Shown one piece after another: positions 19,335 through 29,175 of a stretch of DNA of 64,000 nt; the first letter of the stretch is position 1, and each line of letters starts with the position of its first letter. A model generated the notes under the pieces. The model had not been told where the DNA came from. It made no database searches and saw only the letters and a list, made by a program, of their open reading frames with translations. Origin of the DNA: an uncultured delta proteobacterium (GTDB lineage Bacteria; Desulfobacterota; Binatia; DP-6); NCBI GenBank assembly GCA_963811605.1, contig CAWESA010000013.1, forward strand, positions 336,344 to 400,343, written 5' to 3'. Both the position numbers and the translations under genes were made by a program.

Positions 19335-20420
19335 TCACCCGATCGCCAGGACGTTCTTGATGCCCTGCAGCGGTCCCTGCAGCAGCTCGGCGTGCGCGTC
19401 GAGCGGGAAGCGCCCCGTGATCAGGCGACCGAGCACCCGGGGCCAGCGGCGCTCGAAGGCTCCGAGATCACGGATCGCCGCGGCGAACGCATCGGGACCG
19501 GCGTTGATGGCGCCGAGGACGAGCTGGTTCTGCAGCACCAGGCCGCGGACCACCGCCGCCGCGTCCACCTCGAGGACGCGGCGCCCGCCCGGCAGGCCGA
19601 ACAGCACGAGCACGCCGTTGTGGCCGAGCGCGTCGAGCGCCTGGAAGGTGACCGCCGGCGCGCCGGTGGCCTCGAACAGCACGTCGACGTTGCCGAGGCG
19701 CGCGCCGAGCGCCGGCAGCGACTCGTGCACGGCGCTGGCGTAGCGCACGCCGGCGGAGGCCAGCAGCTCCGCCCTCGCATCGGAGGCGGGCTCGATCGAC
19801 CAGACGGTGGTCTCGAAGCCGGCGGCGGCCAGCGTCAACGCCGCGAGCAGCCCGACCGGCCCCGCCCCCGCGACCACCGCCGTGCGGCCCGCACGCCCCG
19901 CACCCAGCCGGTGCTCGAAATGCGCCACCTGCTCCAGCGCCTTCTCGGCCACGCTCAAGGGCTCGACCAGCACCGCGACCTCGCGCAGCCCGCGCGGCAC
20001 GACGTGCAGGTAGCGCGCATCCTCGACGACCTCCTCGGTGAGGAAGCCGTGCCGCGCCTTGATGCCGTGCTCCTCGAAATCGCCCGTGTGACAGAAGTCC
20101 TGGCGCCCGGTGCGGCACGGCCTGCATGACTCGTGCGCACAGGGACGGCGCACGGCCGGCACGACGAGGTCGCCGGGAGCGGTCGTCCGGACGTCCGGCC
20201 CGACCTCGACGACCTCGGCGAGGCATTCGTGCCCCAGCACGAGGTAGTCGTCGCCGGCGGGCGGGGTGCCGAACTCGAAGCGGCAGATCTCGCGGTCGGT
20301 GCCGCAGATCCCGACCTCGAGGACGCGGAGCCGGACGTCGGTGGGCGAGGCGAGACGGGGCGGCTCGCGCGCGACCAGGCGAACGGCGCGCTCGCCGGGA
20401 AAGACGCCGAGCGCTCTCAA
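19335..20420 (-). CDS. Zn-dependent glucose 1-dehydrogenase (MDR family)
   Basis: GICGTD, GHE, VRRPC..C..C..C, GAGPVG; TTG start overlaps the upstream TGA. Confidence 0.85.
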   Translation of the reverse strand: MRALGVFPGERAVRLVAREPPRLASPTDVRLRVLEVGICGTDREICRFEFGTPPAGDDYLVLGHECLAEVVEVGPDVRTTAPGDLVVPAVRRPCAHESCRPCRTGRQDFCHTGDFEEHGIKARHGFLTEEVVEDARYLHVVPRGLREVAVLVEPLSVAEKALEQVAHFEHRLGAGRAGRTAVVAGAGPVGLLAALTLAAAGFETTVWSIEPASDARAELLASAGVRYASAVHESLPALGARLGNVDVLFEATGAPAVTFQALDALGHNGVLVLFGLPGGRRVLEVDAAAVVRGLVLQNQLVLGAINAGPDAFAAAIRDLGAFERRWPRVLGRLITGRFPLDAHAELLQGPLQGIKNVLAIG

Positions 20421-22723
20421 CGACGCCTCTCGAGCCACCACGCGAACAGCTTCTTCACGCGCGGAGTGAGCCGCGTGCGGTTGTAGGCGTCGGCGGCTTT
20501 CTTCATGACCTCGGCCTGCGTCGGGTAGGGGTGGATCGTGCCCGCGATGGCGCCCAGCCCGAGGCCCGCGGTCATCGCCAGCGTGAGCTCGGATATCATG
20601 TCGCCCGCGTGCGCGGCCACCAGCGTGGCGCCGACGATCCTGTCGCTGCCCTGGCGCACGTGGACGCGGAGGAAGCCGTCCTCGTCGCCGTCGAGCACGG
20701 CGCGATCGATCTCGTGCAGCGGGACAGTGATCGTCGAGGTGGCGATGCCACGCTCCTTCGCCTCGCCCTCCGAGAGCCCGACGTGGGCGACCTCGGGGGT
20801 CGTGTAGGTGCACCACGGCACGGTCAGGGCGCTCGCCTTCTTCCGCCCGAACGTCCCGAAGAGGGCGTTCTGGACGACGATGCGCGCCAGCGCGTCGGCG
20901 GTGTGGGTGAACTGGAAGCGCGACGAGACGTCGCCGGCGGCGAAGATGTGCGGGTTCGACGTCCGCAGGTGGTCGTCCACGGCGAGGCCGGTGGACTCGA
21001 CGCGCACCCCGGCAGCCTCGAGTCCGAGCCCGTCGAGGTTGGGCGTGCGCCCGGCCGCCACCAGCAGGCGATCGCCGACGACTTCCTCGCTGTGGCCGTC
21101 GACGTCGTGATGCAGCACGACCTCCGTGCCCCGTGCCTCGGCCCGGGTGATCCGCGCGCGGTGCACCAGCCGCACGCCGTCTGCCGCCATGCGACGTTCC
21201 ACGATCGCTCCCGCCTCGGGATCGTCCCGCGGCAGGACGTGCGCGTCGGCGTGCAGCACGGTCACCTCGGCCCCGAAGCTGCGGAACGCCTGCGCCATCT
21301 CGCAGCCGATCGGGCCCGCGCCGAGAATCAGCAGCCGCCGCGGCAGCTCGGTCAGCCAGAAGACCGTCTCGTTGGTGAGGTATTCGATCCGGTCGAGCCC
21401 GGGGATGGGGGGCGCCGAGGCTCGCGCACCCGTGGCGACGACGGCGCGCGAGAACTCGAGCGTGCGTCCGCCCACCGCGACGGTGGAGGGGCCGGTGAAC
21501 CGGGCGGCGCCGACGTACACGTCGACGCCGAGCCGGGTGAAGCGCCGGGCGCCGTCGTTGGGCGCGATCTGCGCTCGCAGGCGTCGCATGCGCTCCATGA
21601 CGGCGGGAAAATCGACCTCGACCGGGCCCACGCGCACGCCGAGCGCGCCGGCGTGGCGGGCGCTTGCGGCGGCGCGGGCGGCGCGGATCAGGGCCTTGGA
21701 GGGCACGCAGCCGACGTTCAGACAGTCCCCGCCCATGAGCTGCCGCTCGACGAGCGCCACCCGCGCGCCCAGCCCGGCCGCCCCCGCCGCCGAGACGAGG
21801 CCGGCGGTCCCGGCGCCCACCACCACCAGGTTGTATCGTCCGGCCGGCGTGGGATTCGTCCAGCCCGGCGGATGGACCTGCGACAGGAGCTGCCGGTTGT
21901 GCTCGTCGTCGGGCAGGATCAGCGGAGCGTTCGCGTCACGCGGTGGCGCCGGAGCCGGGGCTGCGGGCCGCTCTCCGGCGGCGGCCACGCCGCCGCGGCG
22001 CGCCGTCGCCGCGTCGAGGGCCCGGCGCGCGACGCGCGCGATGACGATCGTCACGGCGACCGTCGCCGCGAACCCGAGCCAGGTGAGCGCCTGCTTCGCC
22101 GCGCCGCCGGCGGGCGCTCCCGACGCGAGCTCGGTCACGCTGGTGATCAGCGAGCCGAGATAGACGTACATCGCGGTGCCGGGAATCATCCCGACCATCG
22201 AGCCGATCAGGTAGTCGCGGAAGCTCACTCGCGTGAGGCCGTAGGCATAGTTGAGGAGGTTGAAGGGGAAGGCGGGCGACAGCCGCGTCAGGAGCACGAT
22301 CTTCAGGCCCTCGCGGCCGACGGCCTGGTCGATCGCCGCGAAGCGGGCGTTGCCCGAGACGCGCGCCGCGATCCGGTCGCGCGCCAGGGTGCGGCCGAGG
22401 AGAAACGCCACCGCCGCCCCCAGATTGGCCGCAACCCAGACGAGCGGGATGCCGACCGCGACGCCGTACGCGAATCCGGCACCCAGGGTGAGGATGAGTC
22501 CCGGCAGCAGCAGGACACAGGCGAGCACGTAGGCGAGGACGAAGACCACCATGCCGGCGGTCCCGGCGTCGCGGATCCAGCTCACGAAGCCGAGCAGCCA
22601 CCGGTTCACCGGCAGCATGCGCAAGGCGACGACCGCGGCCACCACCACCAGGCCGAGAACGAGCGGCTGGATCCAGCCACCCCGGGGCGGCTCGCGGACG
22701 GAGTCCGACCCCCGAGCGCTCAT
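20417..22723 (-). CDS. VTT (TVP38/DedA) domain fused to mercuric-reductase-like FAD disulfide oxidoreductase
   Basis: RLSPAFPFNLLNYAYG membrane domain; GAGTAG, GGDCLNVGCVPSK, GAGPIG, HPYPTQAE. Confidence 0.9.
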   Translation of the reverse strand: MSARGSDSVREPPRGGWIQPLVLGLVVVAAVVALRMLPVNRWLLGFVSWIRDAGTAGMVVFVLAYVLACVLLLPGLILTLGAGFAYGVAVGIPLVWVAANLGAAVAFLLGRTLARDRIAARVSGNARFAAIDQAVGREGLKIVLLTRLSPAFPFNLLNYAYGLTRVSFRDYLIGSMVGMIPGTAMYVYLGSLITSVTELASGAPAGGAAKQALTWLGFAATVAVTIVIARVARRALDAATARRGGVAAAGERPAAPAPAPPRDANAPLILPDDEHNRQLLSQVHPPGWTNPTPAGRYNLVVVGAGTAGLVSAAGAAGLGARVALVERQLMGGDCLNVGCVPSKALIRAARAAASARHAGALGVRVGPVEVDFPAVMERMRRLRAQIAPNDGARRFTRLGVDVYVGAARFTGPSTVAVGGRTLEFSRAVVATGARASAPPIPGLDRIEYLTNETVFWLTELPRRLLILGAGPIGCEMAQAFRSFGAEVTVLHADAHVLPRDDPEAGAIVERRMAADGVRLVHRARITRAEARGTEVVLHHDVDGHSEEVVGDRLLVAAGRTPNLDGLGLEAAGVRVESTGLAVDDHLRTSNPHIFAAGDVSSRFQFTHTADALARIVVQNALFGTFGRKKASALTVPWCTYTTPEVAHVGLSEGEAKERGIATSTITVPLHEIDRAVLDGDEDGFLRVHVRQGSDRIVGATLVAAHAGDMISELTLAMTAGLGLGAIAGTIHPYPTQAEVMKKAADAYNRTRLTPRVKKLFAWWLERRR

Positions 22724-22794
22724 CGCGACCTCATCGGGGCTTGGATGCCAGCCTCGGGACGCTGGATACGACGCCCGGGAAACCGGCGCACCGC

Positions 22795-22926
22795 TCAGTC
22801 GGCGGCGTGGCCGATACCCTTCCGCACCTCGCCGACCGCGCGATGCACCGGCCCGAGCGCTTTTTCGCGATCGCCCCCCTGGTTGGCCGTGGCCTTCTCG
22901 AGGGAGCTCGCGATGCGATCTCTCAT
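22795..22926 (-). CDS. Small 43-aa protein, weakly CsbD-like
   Basis: GAGGAGG 5 nt before ATG; MRDRIASSLEKATANQGGDREKALGPVHRAVGEVRKGIGHAAD. Confidence 0.5.
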   Translation of the reverse strand: MRDRIASSLEKATANQGGDREKALGPVHRAVGEVRKGIGHAAD

Positions 22927-23005
22927 GCCCGCCTCCTCTCGCGCACCGATGTCACGAGGCGCCCCGCTCGAGTCAAGCCGGGTGGCGACGACGGCCGGGG
23001 CGCGA

Positions 23006-24832
23006 CTACTCGACGGTGACGCTCTTGGCGAGGTTGCGCGGCTGGTCCACGTCGGTGCCGCGGTAGACCGCCACGTGGTACGCGAGCAGCTGGAGCGGCA
23101 GCGTGAGCAGGATCGGCGTCAGCAGCGGGTTGGTCGCCGGCACCTCGAGCACCTCCCAGGCGACGTCCTCCAGGTCGTCGGTCCTCGCGTCGGTGACCAC
23201 GATGATGCGGCCGCCACGCGACTCGACCTCCTTCAGGTTGGAGAGCGTCTTCTGGAAGACGGCGTCGTGCGGGATCAGCACGACGACCGGCATCTCCTCG
23301 TTGATGAGCGCGATCGGGCCGTGCTTCATCTCGCCCGCGGGGTAGCCCTCGGCGTGGATGTAGGAGATCTCCTTCAGCTTGAGCGCCCCCTCGAGCGCGA
23401 CCGGGTAGTTGATGCCGCGCCCCAGGTAGAGGAAGTCCTTCGCCTGGCCGTACTTCTTGGCCACCCGCTCGATGTGCTTCTCGCGCGACAGCGCCTGCGT
23501 CACCAGCGACGGCAGCGCGACCAGATCGCTCATCAGCTGGCGGCCGCGATCGGCGTCGATGCGGCCGCGCTGCCGACCGAGGTAGAGCGCCAGCAGGTAG
23601 AGCGCGGTGAGCTGGGTGGTGAACGCCTTGGTGCTGGCGACGCTGATCTCCGGGCCCGCGTGCGTGTAGAGCACGCCGCTCGCGCGGCGCGCGATCGACG
23701 AATCCACCACGTTGCACACGGCGAGCACGGGCGTCTTCTTCTCGCGTCCGGTCTCGACCGCGGCCAGGGTGTCGGCCGTCTCCCCCGACTGCGACACCAC
23801 CAGGACCAGTGTCTTCGCGTCGAGGATGGGATCGCGGTAGCGAAACTCGCTGCCGTAGTCGACCTCGCACGGGATGCCGGCCAGGCTCTCGATGAGGAAC
23901 TTGCCGACCAGGCACGCGTGCCACGCCGTGCCGCAGGCGACCAGCACGCAGCGCTCGACCCCGGTGGGCAGGTTGTCGGTCACCTCGACGTCGAGCTGGA
24001 CGTCGCCCTCTTCCTGCAGGATGCGACCCCGCATGGTGTCGATGATGGCCTGGGGCTGCTCGTGGATCTCCTTCAGCAGGAAGTGCTTGTAGCCGCCCTT
24101 CTGCGCCGTCACGGCGTCCCACGCGACCACCTTGGGGGCGCGCTCCACCGGTGCGCCGTCGAACGTCGTGATCGCGGCCGAGTCGGCGGTGAGCTCGACC
24201 ACCTCGCCGTCCTCCAGGAACACCACGCGCCGCGTGTGCTCGAGCATGGCGGGGATGTCCGAGGCGACGAAGTTCTCGCCCTCGCCGAGACCGAGCACGA
24301 TCGGCGTGGCGTTCTTGGCCGCCACCAGGCGGTCGGGCTCGCTCTCCGAGAGCACCACGATGGCGAACGATCCCTCCAGCTCGGCGATGGCGCGGCGGGT
24401 GGCCTCGGCGAGGCCGGCGCCCGCGGCCACGAACTCGTCGATCAGGTGGGAGATCACCTCGGTGTCGGTCTCCGACGCCATCGTGCGGCCGCGCTTCGCC
24501 AGCGCGTGCCGCAGGTCGAGGAAATTCTCGATGATGCCGTTGTGGATGACCACGACCTTGCCGGCGCGGTGCGGATGGGCGTTCTGCTCCGACGGGCGGC
24601 CGTGCGTGGCCCAGCGGGTGTGTCCGACGCCGGGCGTGCCGCGCAGCGGGTGATCGCGCAGCAGGGTATCGAGGTTGTCCAGCTTCCCGACCGAGCGACG
24701 CACGTCGATGTGATGATTCGCGATCGCCGCCAGGCCGGCGGAGTCGTAGCCGCGGTACTCGAGCTTGCGCAGCCCCGCGACGAGAATGGGAGTCGCCTCC
24801 CGCGGTCCGACGTATCCGACGATTCCACACAT
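23006..24832 (-). CDS. glmS: Glutamine--fructose-6-phosphate transaminase
   Basis: MCGIVG, EYRGYDSAG, HTRWATHG, SQSGETADT, PRNLAKSVTVE. Confidence 0.98.
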   Translation of the reverse strand: MCGIVGYVGPREATPILVAGLRKLEYRGYDSAGLAAIANHHIDVRRSVGKLDNLDTLLRDHPLRGTPGVGHTRWATHGRPSEQNAHPHRAGKVVVIHNGIIENFLDLRHALAKRGRTMASETDTEVISHLIDEFVAAGAGLAEATRRAIAELEGSFAIVVLSESEPDRLVAAKNATPIVLGLGEGENFVASDIPAMLEHTRRVVFLEDGEVVELTADSAAITTFDGAPVERAPKVVAWDAVTAQKGGYKHFLLKEIHEQPQAIIDTMRGRILQEEGDVQLDVEVTDNLPTGVERCVLVACGTAWHACLVGKFLIESLAGIPCEVDYGSEFRYRDPILDAKTLVLVVSQSGETADTLAAVETGREKKTPVLAVCNVVDSSIARRASGVLYTHAGPEISVASTKAFTTQLTALYLLALYLGRQRGRIDADRGRQLMSDLVALPSLVTQALSREKHIERVAKKYGQAKDFLYLGRGINYPVALEGALKLKEISYIHAEGYPAGEMKHGPIALINEEMPVVVLIPHDAVFQKTLSNLKEVESRGGRIIVVTDARTDDLEDVAWEVLEVPATNPLLTPILLTLPLQLLAYHVAVYRGTDVDQPRNLAKSVTVE

Positions 24833-24836
24833 GGCG

Positions 24837-26261
24837 CTAGCGTCCTCGGCGCTCGACCGCCGCACGTTTGCGGGCGCGGAAGCGCTCCACCCAGCCCTCG
24901 ACGAGCTTGATGGGCATGCGGCTGACGGCCAGCGCGCCCGCGGGGACGTCCGTCGTCACGGTGGTCCCGGCGGCGACGTAGGAGTCGTCCCCCACCGCGA
25001 CGGGCGCGACCAGCTGGGTGTCGCTGCCGATCTGCACCCGGTCGCCGATCTTCGTGAAGTGCTTGTCGAAGCCGTCGTAGTTGCACGTGATCGTACCGGC
25101 GCCCACGTTGGTGTCGGCGCCGATCTCGCAGTCGCCGAGATAGGTGAGGTGATTGGCCTTCGTCCCGGTGCCGAGGACCGCCTTCTTGGTCTCCACGAAG
25201 TTGCCGATGTGGACGCCCTCGCCGAGCCGCGTGCCGGCGCGGAGGCGGGCGAACGGCCCGATGATGGCGTCCGCTCCGACCTCGGCCTCCTGGACCCAGC
25301 AGCCGAACAGGAGGTGCACGCCGTCGGCGAGGGTCGCGTCCACCAGCCACGACGTACCGTCGAGCCGGCAGCCGCGGCCGATGCGCGTCTTCCCGCGCAG
25401 CGTCACGTTGGGTCCGATGACGGCATCGGCGCCGATCTCGACGTCGGGTCCCACGTATGCCGTGGCCGGATCCTCGAACGTCACCCCGGCGGCCATCCAG
25501 CGCTCCACGATCTCCGCTCTCAGTGTGGCTTCCATGCGTGCCAGCTCCGCCCGCGTGTTGATGCCGGCGACCTCGGCGGGCCGCCCGGTCTCGATCGCGA
25601 TCACCCGCTGGCCGCCTGCGGCCGCGAGACCGACGATGTCGGTCAGGTAGAACTCCCGCTGCGCGTTGTCGTCGCGCAGGGCCGCGATCAGCGGCCTCAG
25701 CACACCGGCACCGACGCAGTAGATCCCCGGATTGACCTCGGTGATCGCCCGCTCGGCCCGGGTGGCGTCGCGTTCCTCGACGATGCCGCGTACGCGGCCG
25801 TCGGGCTCGCGAACGATGCGGCCGTAGCCGGTCGGATCCTCGTAGCGCACCGTGAGCAGCGACAGATCCGCACGCTCGGCCCGGTGCGCCTCGACGAGAC
25901 GGCGAAGCGTCTCTGCTCGGATGAGAGGCACATCGCCATAGAGGATGAGCACGTCGCCCGAGAACGCCTCGAGGGCCGCCAGGGCGCAGCGCACGGCATG
26001 TCCGGTCCCGCGTTGCTCCTCCTGGAGCACGGAGCGGATTCCCCGTGCCGACGAGGCGCGGGCCGCGGCCCCGACCGCCTCCGCCTGATGCCCGACGACG
26101 ACCACGACGGGGTCAGCCCCCAGGCTGGCGATGGCCGCCAGCGGGTAGCGGAGCAGCGGCTGCCCGCCCAGCTCGTGCAGGACCTTGGCCCGTGTGGAGC
26201 GCATCCGGGTCCCCAGACCCGCCGCCAACACGATCGCACTCAAGGGAGCGTGGTCGCTCAC
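24837..26261 (-). CDS. glmU: Bifunctional UDP-GlcNAc pyrophosphorylase/acetyltransferase
   Basis: LAAGLGTRM, GTGHAV, EFYLTD, GNFVETK, NYDG, hexapeptide repeats. Confidence 0.97.
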   Translation of the reverse strand: MSDHAPLSAIVLAAGLGTRMRSTRAKVLHELGGQPLLRYPLAAIASLGADPVVVVVGHQAEAVGAAARASSARGIRSVLQEEQRGTGHAVRCALAALEAFSGDVLILYGDVPLIRAETLRRLVEAHRAERADLSLLTVRYEDPTGYGRIVREPDGRVRGIVEERDATRAERAITEVNPGIYCVGAGVLRPLIAALRDDNAQREFYLTDIVGLAAAGGQRVIAIETGRPAEVAGINTRAELARMEATLRAEIVERWMAAGVTFEDPATAYVGPDVEIGADAVIGPNVTLRGKTRIGRGCRLDGTSWLVDATLADGVHLLFGCWVQEAEVGADAIIGPFARLRAGTRLGEGVHIGNFVETKKAVLGTGTKANHLTYLGDCEIGADTNVGAGTITCNYDGFDKHFTKIGDRVQIGSDTQLVAPVAVGDDSYVAAGTTVTTDVPAGALAVSRMPIKLVEGWVERFRARKRAAVERRGR

Positions 26262-26341
26262 GGTCGCCGCGCCTATCACATTCCCGGGCCACCTGCATGG
26301 CTTGCCCAAGCCCCGGGTTCTACGAGAGAATGGGACGCATC

Positions 26342-26935
26342 ATGCGGCGGGTGCGTGTCGCGGCGGTGGGGTGGATGATGGGGGCCGTGGTGGCGACGAT
26401 GGCGCTCGCCGTGGGGTGCGGTCCCCCCAGGAGACCAGCGCCACGCGTCCTCGCGGACGAGGATCGCATCGACTGGGCGAGGAACGAGCCCACGTTCATC
26501 GTCATCCGGAAGTCGTGTCGAACCCTCGACGTCTACCGATACGGCGAGCGTATCCGGAGCTACCCCGCCGTCTTCGGACAGGCCGGCACGCAGGAGCGCA
26601 AGCTGTACGAAGGAGACATGCGCACGCCGGTCGGCCTGTACGCCATCATCGGGGATCGGTACCACGAGCGCTGGGAGCACTTCTTCCTGCTCGACTATCC
26701 CAATGCCGCCGATGCGCGCCGCTACCAGACGGCGATGGCGTACGGGGAGATCCCCGCTCGCGGGCGCAGCGTGGCCGCCATCGGGGGGGCCGTCGGCATT
26801 CATGGCACCGACAAGCCGTGGCTGAACCAGCAGCACATCGACTGGACCTGGGGCTGCATCTCGATCGACAACGACAACGTCCGCGATCTGGCGCAGCTGG
26901 TCACCGTCGGGACGCCGGTGTTGATCGAGGACTGA
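26342..26935 (+). CDS. L,D-transpeptidase family lipoprotein
   Basis: Lipobox-like LAVGC; EGDMRTPVG, GIHGT..WTWGCI. Confidence 0.9.
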   Translation: MRRVRVAAVGWMMGAVVATMALAVGCGPPRRPAPRVLADEDRIDWARNEPTFIVIRKSCRTLDVYRYGERIRSYPAVFGQAGTQERKLYEGDMRTPVGLYAIIGDRYHERWEHFFLLDYPNAADARRYQTAMAYGEIPARGRSVAAIGGAVGIHGTDKPWLNQQHIDWTWGCISIDNDNVRDLAQLVTVGTPVLIED

Positions 26936-27383
26936 CCGGCACGACGAGCACCGGCAGGGCCCGCCCCTCGGGACGCGACGCCGTCGTGCCGATCCGGCGC
27001 GCCCCCATGCGGCGATAGAAGCCTTCGGCGTTCGGGTCGGATTCGATCCGCAGCCGGGATCCGCCCGCGGCCAGCACCCGCCGCCGCAGGTGGGCGAACA
27101 GCCGCCGGCCGACGCCGCTCCCCATGTGCCGCGGCCCCACCCACAGGTGCTCGAGCTCCCACGTGCGGCCCCGGCCGGAGAGTGCGTAGAAGCCCAATAT
27201 CTCCGCACCGCGCACGGCGCAGTAGACGGGATGGTCGTCGACGAACCCGGGCGTGACCGTCAGATCGTCACGCCAGAGCCGGACGAGCGACTCGGGGTAT
27301 CCCCAGACGCGCTTCGCGTCGTGCGCGATACGCGTGAGCTGGTCGCAGTCCTCGTGCCGGGCCTTCCGGATGCGGATCCGCAT
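26901..27383 (-). CDS. GNAT N-acetyltransferase
   Basis: AKRVWGY, LEHLWV..MGSGVGR, SDPNAEGFYRRMG. Confidence 0.88.
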   Translation of the reverse strand: MRIRIRKARHEDCDQLTRIAHDAKRVWGYPESLVRLWRDDLTVTPGFVDDHPVYCAVRGAEILGFYALSGRGRTWELEHLWVGPRHMGSGVGRRLFAHLRRRVLAAGGSRLRIESDPNAEGFYRRMGARRIGTTASRPEGRALPVLVVPVSPRSTPASRR

Positions 27384-27384
27384 C

Positions 27385-27966
27385 CTAGAGCCACGCCGAG
27401 ATCGCCGTCGCGACCTCGCCCTCGCGGCCGGCGAGGAAATGGTCCGCGCCCGCCAGCACGATCACGTCCGCCGCGAGCCGCGACAGGCGATCCGCCGGAC
27501 AGAACTGATCACGGTCGCCCACGATGACGGCCAGCGCGGTGCCGGCGCTGCCGGCGAAGCTCCAGTCGACCACGCCGAGCGGCGGCGCGATCGCGATCAC
27601 GCGGCGAAGGCCGGGCACGGCGCAGGCCGCACGCGAGCCGGCCCAGGCTCCGAACGAGTAGCCGACGATGGCCAGCGGGGATCCGGCGGGAAGCGCTTCG
27701 CGCAGTCCGGCGGTCGCGGCGATCACGTCGCGCACCTCCTCGCCGCCGCCACTGTAGCGACCGCCGCTCGCACCCACGCCGGCGAAGTTGAAGCGCAGCG
27801 CCGCCCATCCCGCGTCGAGACATCCGCGCACGGCCGCGAGCACGACCGGATTGTGCATGTCGCCGCCGTACTCGGGGTGCGGATGGCAGACGACGGCGCC
27901 ACCGCGAGCGGGTGCGGCAGGCTCGGCGAGCCGCGCCTCGAGCAGCCGAGGCGCGCCTCCGACCAT
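27385..27966 (-). CDS. Alpha/beta hydrolase
   Basis: CHPHPEYGGDMHNPVV, RFNFAGVGAS, GYSFG, GADHF. Confidence 0.9.
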   Translation of the reverse strand: MVGGAPRLLEARLAEPAAPARGGAVVCHPHPEYGGDMHNPVVLAAVRGCLDAGWAALRFNFAGVGASGGRYSGGGEEVRDVIAATAGLREALPAGSPLAIVGYSFGAWAGSRAACAVPGLRRVIAIAPPLGVVDWSFAGSAGTALAVIVGDRDQFCPADRLSRLAADVIVLAGADHFLAGREGEVATAISAWL

Positions 27967-27986
27967 GAGCCGTCGTTCCGGCAGGG

Positions 27987-28556
27987 TCAGGCGGTGAGGG
28001 CGGCGACCTGCATCATGAAGGCCATGTCGCCCTCGATGCGCAGGCGGCCGGTCATGAAGGCCTCTTGTCCGTTCAGCTTGCCTTCCTGCATGGCGACGAA
28101 ATCGGCGAGCTTCATCTTGAGCACCGTGCGCGGCGTCGCCGCGCCGTTGAACGACATCTCGAGCTTGAAGGGGTCGGCGCCCTCGCGCGTCAGCTCCTGC
28201 GCGATGGTTCCCTTGAGCATCTTGGCGCGCCCGCTGGTGTCGGGGCGCCCGGGACGGCTCGCCGGCAGAAGCAACGCCGGAGCGGCGCCGTTGCGCGACA
28301 GCGCGGCGTCGAGGAAGTCGTCGATCGACAGGGTGAAGGTCAGGATTGCGTCGTCGGTGCCCTTCTTGCTGGCCAGCGCGCCGTCCTTGATCGTGACGTG
28401 CCAGTCGCCGCCGCCGTTGCCCGTCAGGTGGTACTGCATGCTGAAGTCCTGCGGCACCGGAGCTCCGCCCTCCTTCTGGGCTGCGAAACCAGCGGGGAGG
28501 AGCTGCTCGAAGAACTGCTCCGGGGTCACGCTCTCGGGTACTGCCTGCTCGGCCAT
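27987..28556 (-). CDS. SCP2 sterol/lipid-binding domain protein (two SCP2-like halves)
   Basis: QYHLTGNGGGDWHV and GKLNGQEAFMTGRLRIEGDM; SD GAGGAGG. Confidence 0.85.
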   Translation of the reverse strand: MAEQAVPESVTPEQFFEQLLPAGFAAQKEGGAPVPQDFSMQYHLTGNGGGDWHVTIKDGALASKKGTDDAILTFTLSIDDFLDAALSRNGAAPALLLPASRPGRPDTSGRAKMLKGTIAQELTREGADPFKLEMSFNGAATPRTVLKMKLADFVAMQEGKLNGQEAFMTGRLRIEGDMAFMMQVAALTA

Positions 28557-28853
28557 GGTGGGAACCCTCCTCGGTGCCCCGGACGGCGCCGGGGATGCGG
28601 TGATCGTCCTTAGTGCCATTGTCGCGACGCGGCGGGCAACAGGCGCCGGCTGATCCGGCGCGGGCAGGGCATGAACGGGCGAAGCGGCGCGCGCCGAGGG
28701 CGACATCCCCTCGCCCGCCACCGGCAGCCGGCCGGGCTGCCGGGCGCGCGCCGCCCTGCGGCCGGCCGGTCCGGTCGCGGTCGCGATCCCGGCCACGTGG
28801 ATCCGTGCGCTCCGCGCGATGGCGCGGCCTGCTGCCGGACGAGTCGCGCCGGT

Positions 28854-29090
28854 TCAGGTCGTCCCGTCGAGCATCGCGCGCAGCCTCGCCTCGAGCTGGG
28901 GCAGCCATTCCTCGAGCGGCGTCTCGGAATCGACCACGATCTGCGTCTTCCCGCTGGGCAGGACGGTGACACCGCCCGGATGTGCGGGCTTGAGCGGGAT
29001 GATCACCGCCTCGCGCGAGATGCCCAGGCGGTCGAGGACCTCGAAGATGCGTTCGATGACTGGCAGCCTGACGGCCGTGAGCGGCGGCAT
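28854..29090 (-). CDS. Hypothetical protein (78 aa)
   Basis: MPPLTAVRLPVIERIFEVLDRLGISREAVIIPL...; coding-like codon use. Confidence 0.7.
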   Translation of the reverse strand: MPPLTAVRLPVIERIFEVLDRLGISREAVIIPLKPAHPGGVTVLPSGKTQIVVDSETPLEEWLPQLEARLRAMLDGTT

Positions 29091-29175
29091 GATCTGCGTG
29101 TAGCGCCTCGGCCGCCGGCGGCCAAGCCGGCGCAGCTTGACTCCGGCCCGGACGCCCCGGCACACGGGTCCGCTC

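Noticed and set aside
20417-22723. merA mercury resistance
   Set aside because: No C-terminal Cys pair and no other mer genes.
24832-24840. glmS ribozyme
   Set aside because: glmS starts 4 nt after the glmU stop; no leader space.
28557-28853. Possible gene or RNA in a GC-rich intergenic gap
   Set aside because: ORFs are low complexity, and I found no convincing promoter-terminator unit.
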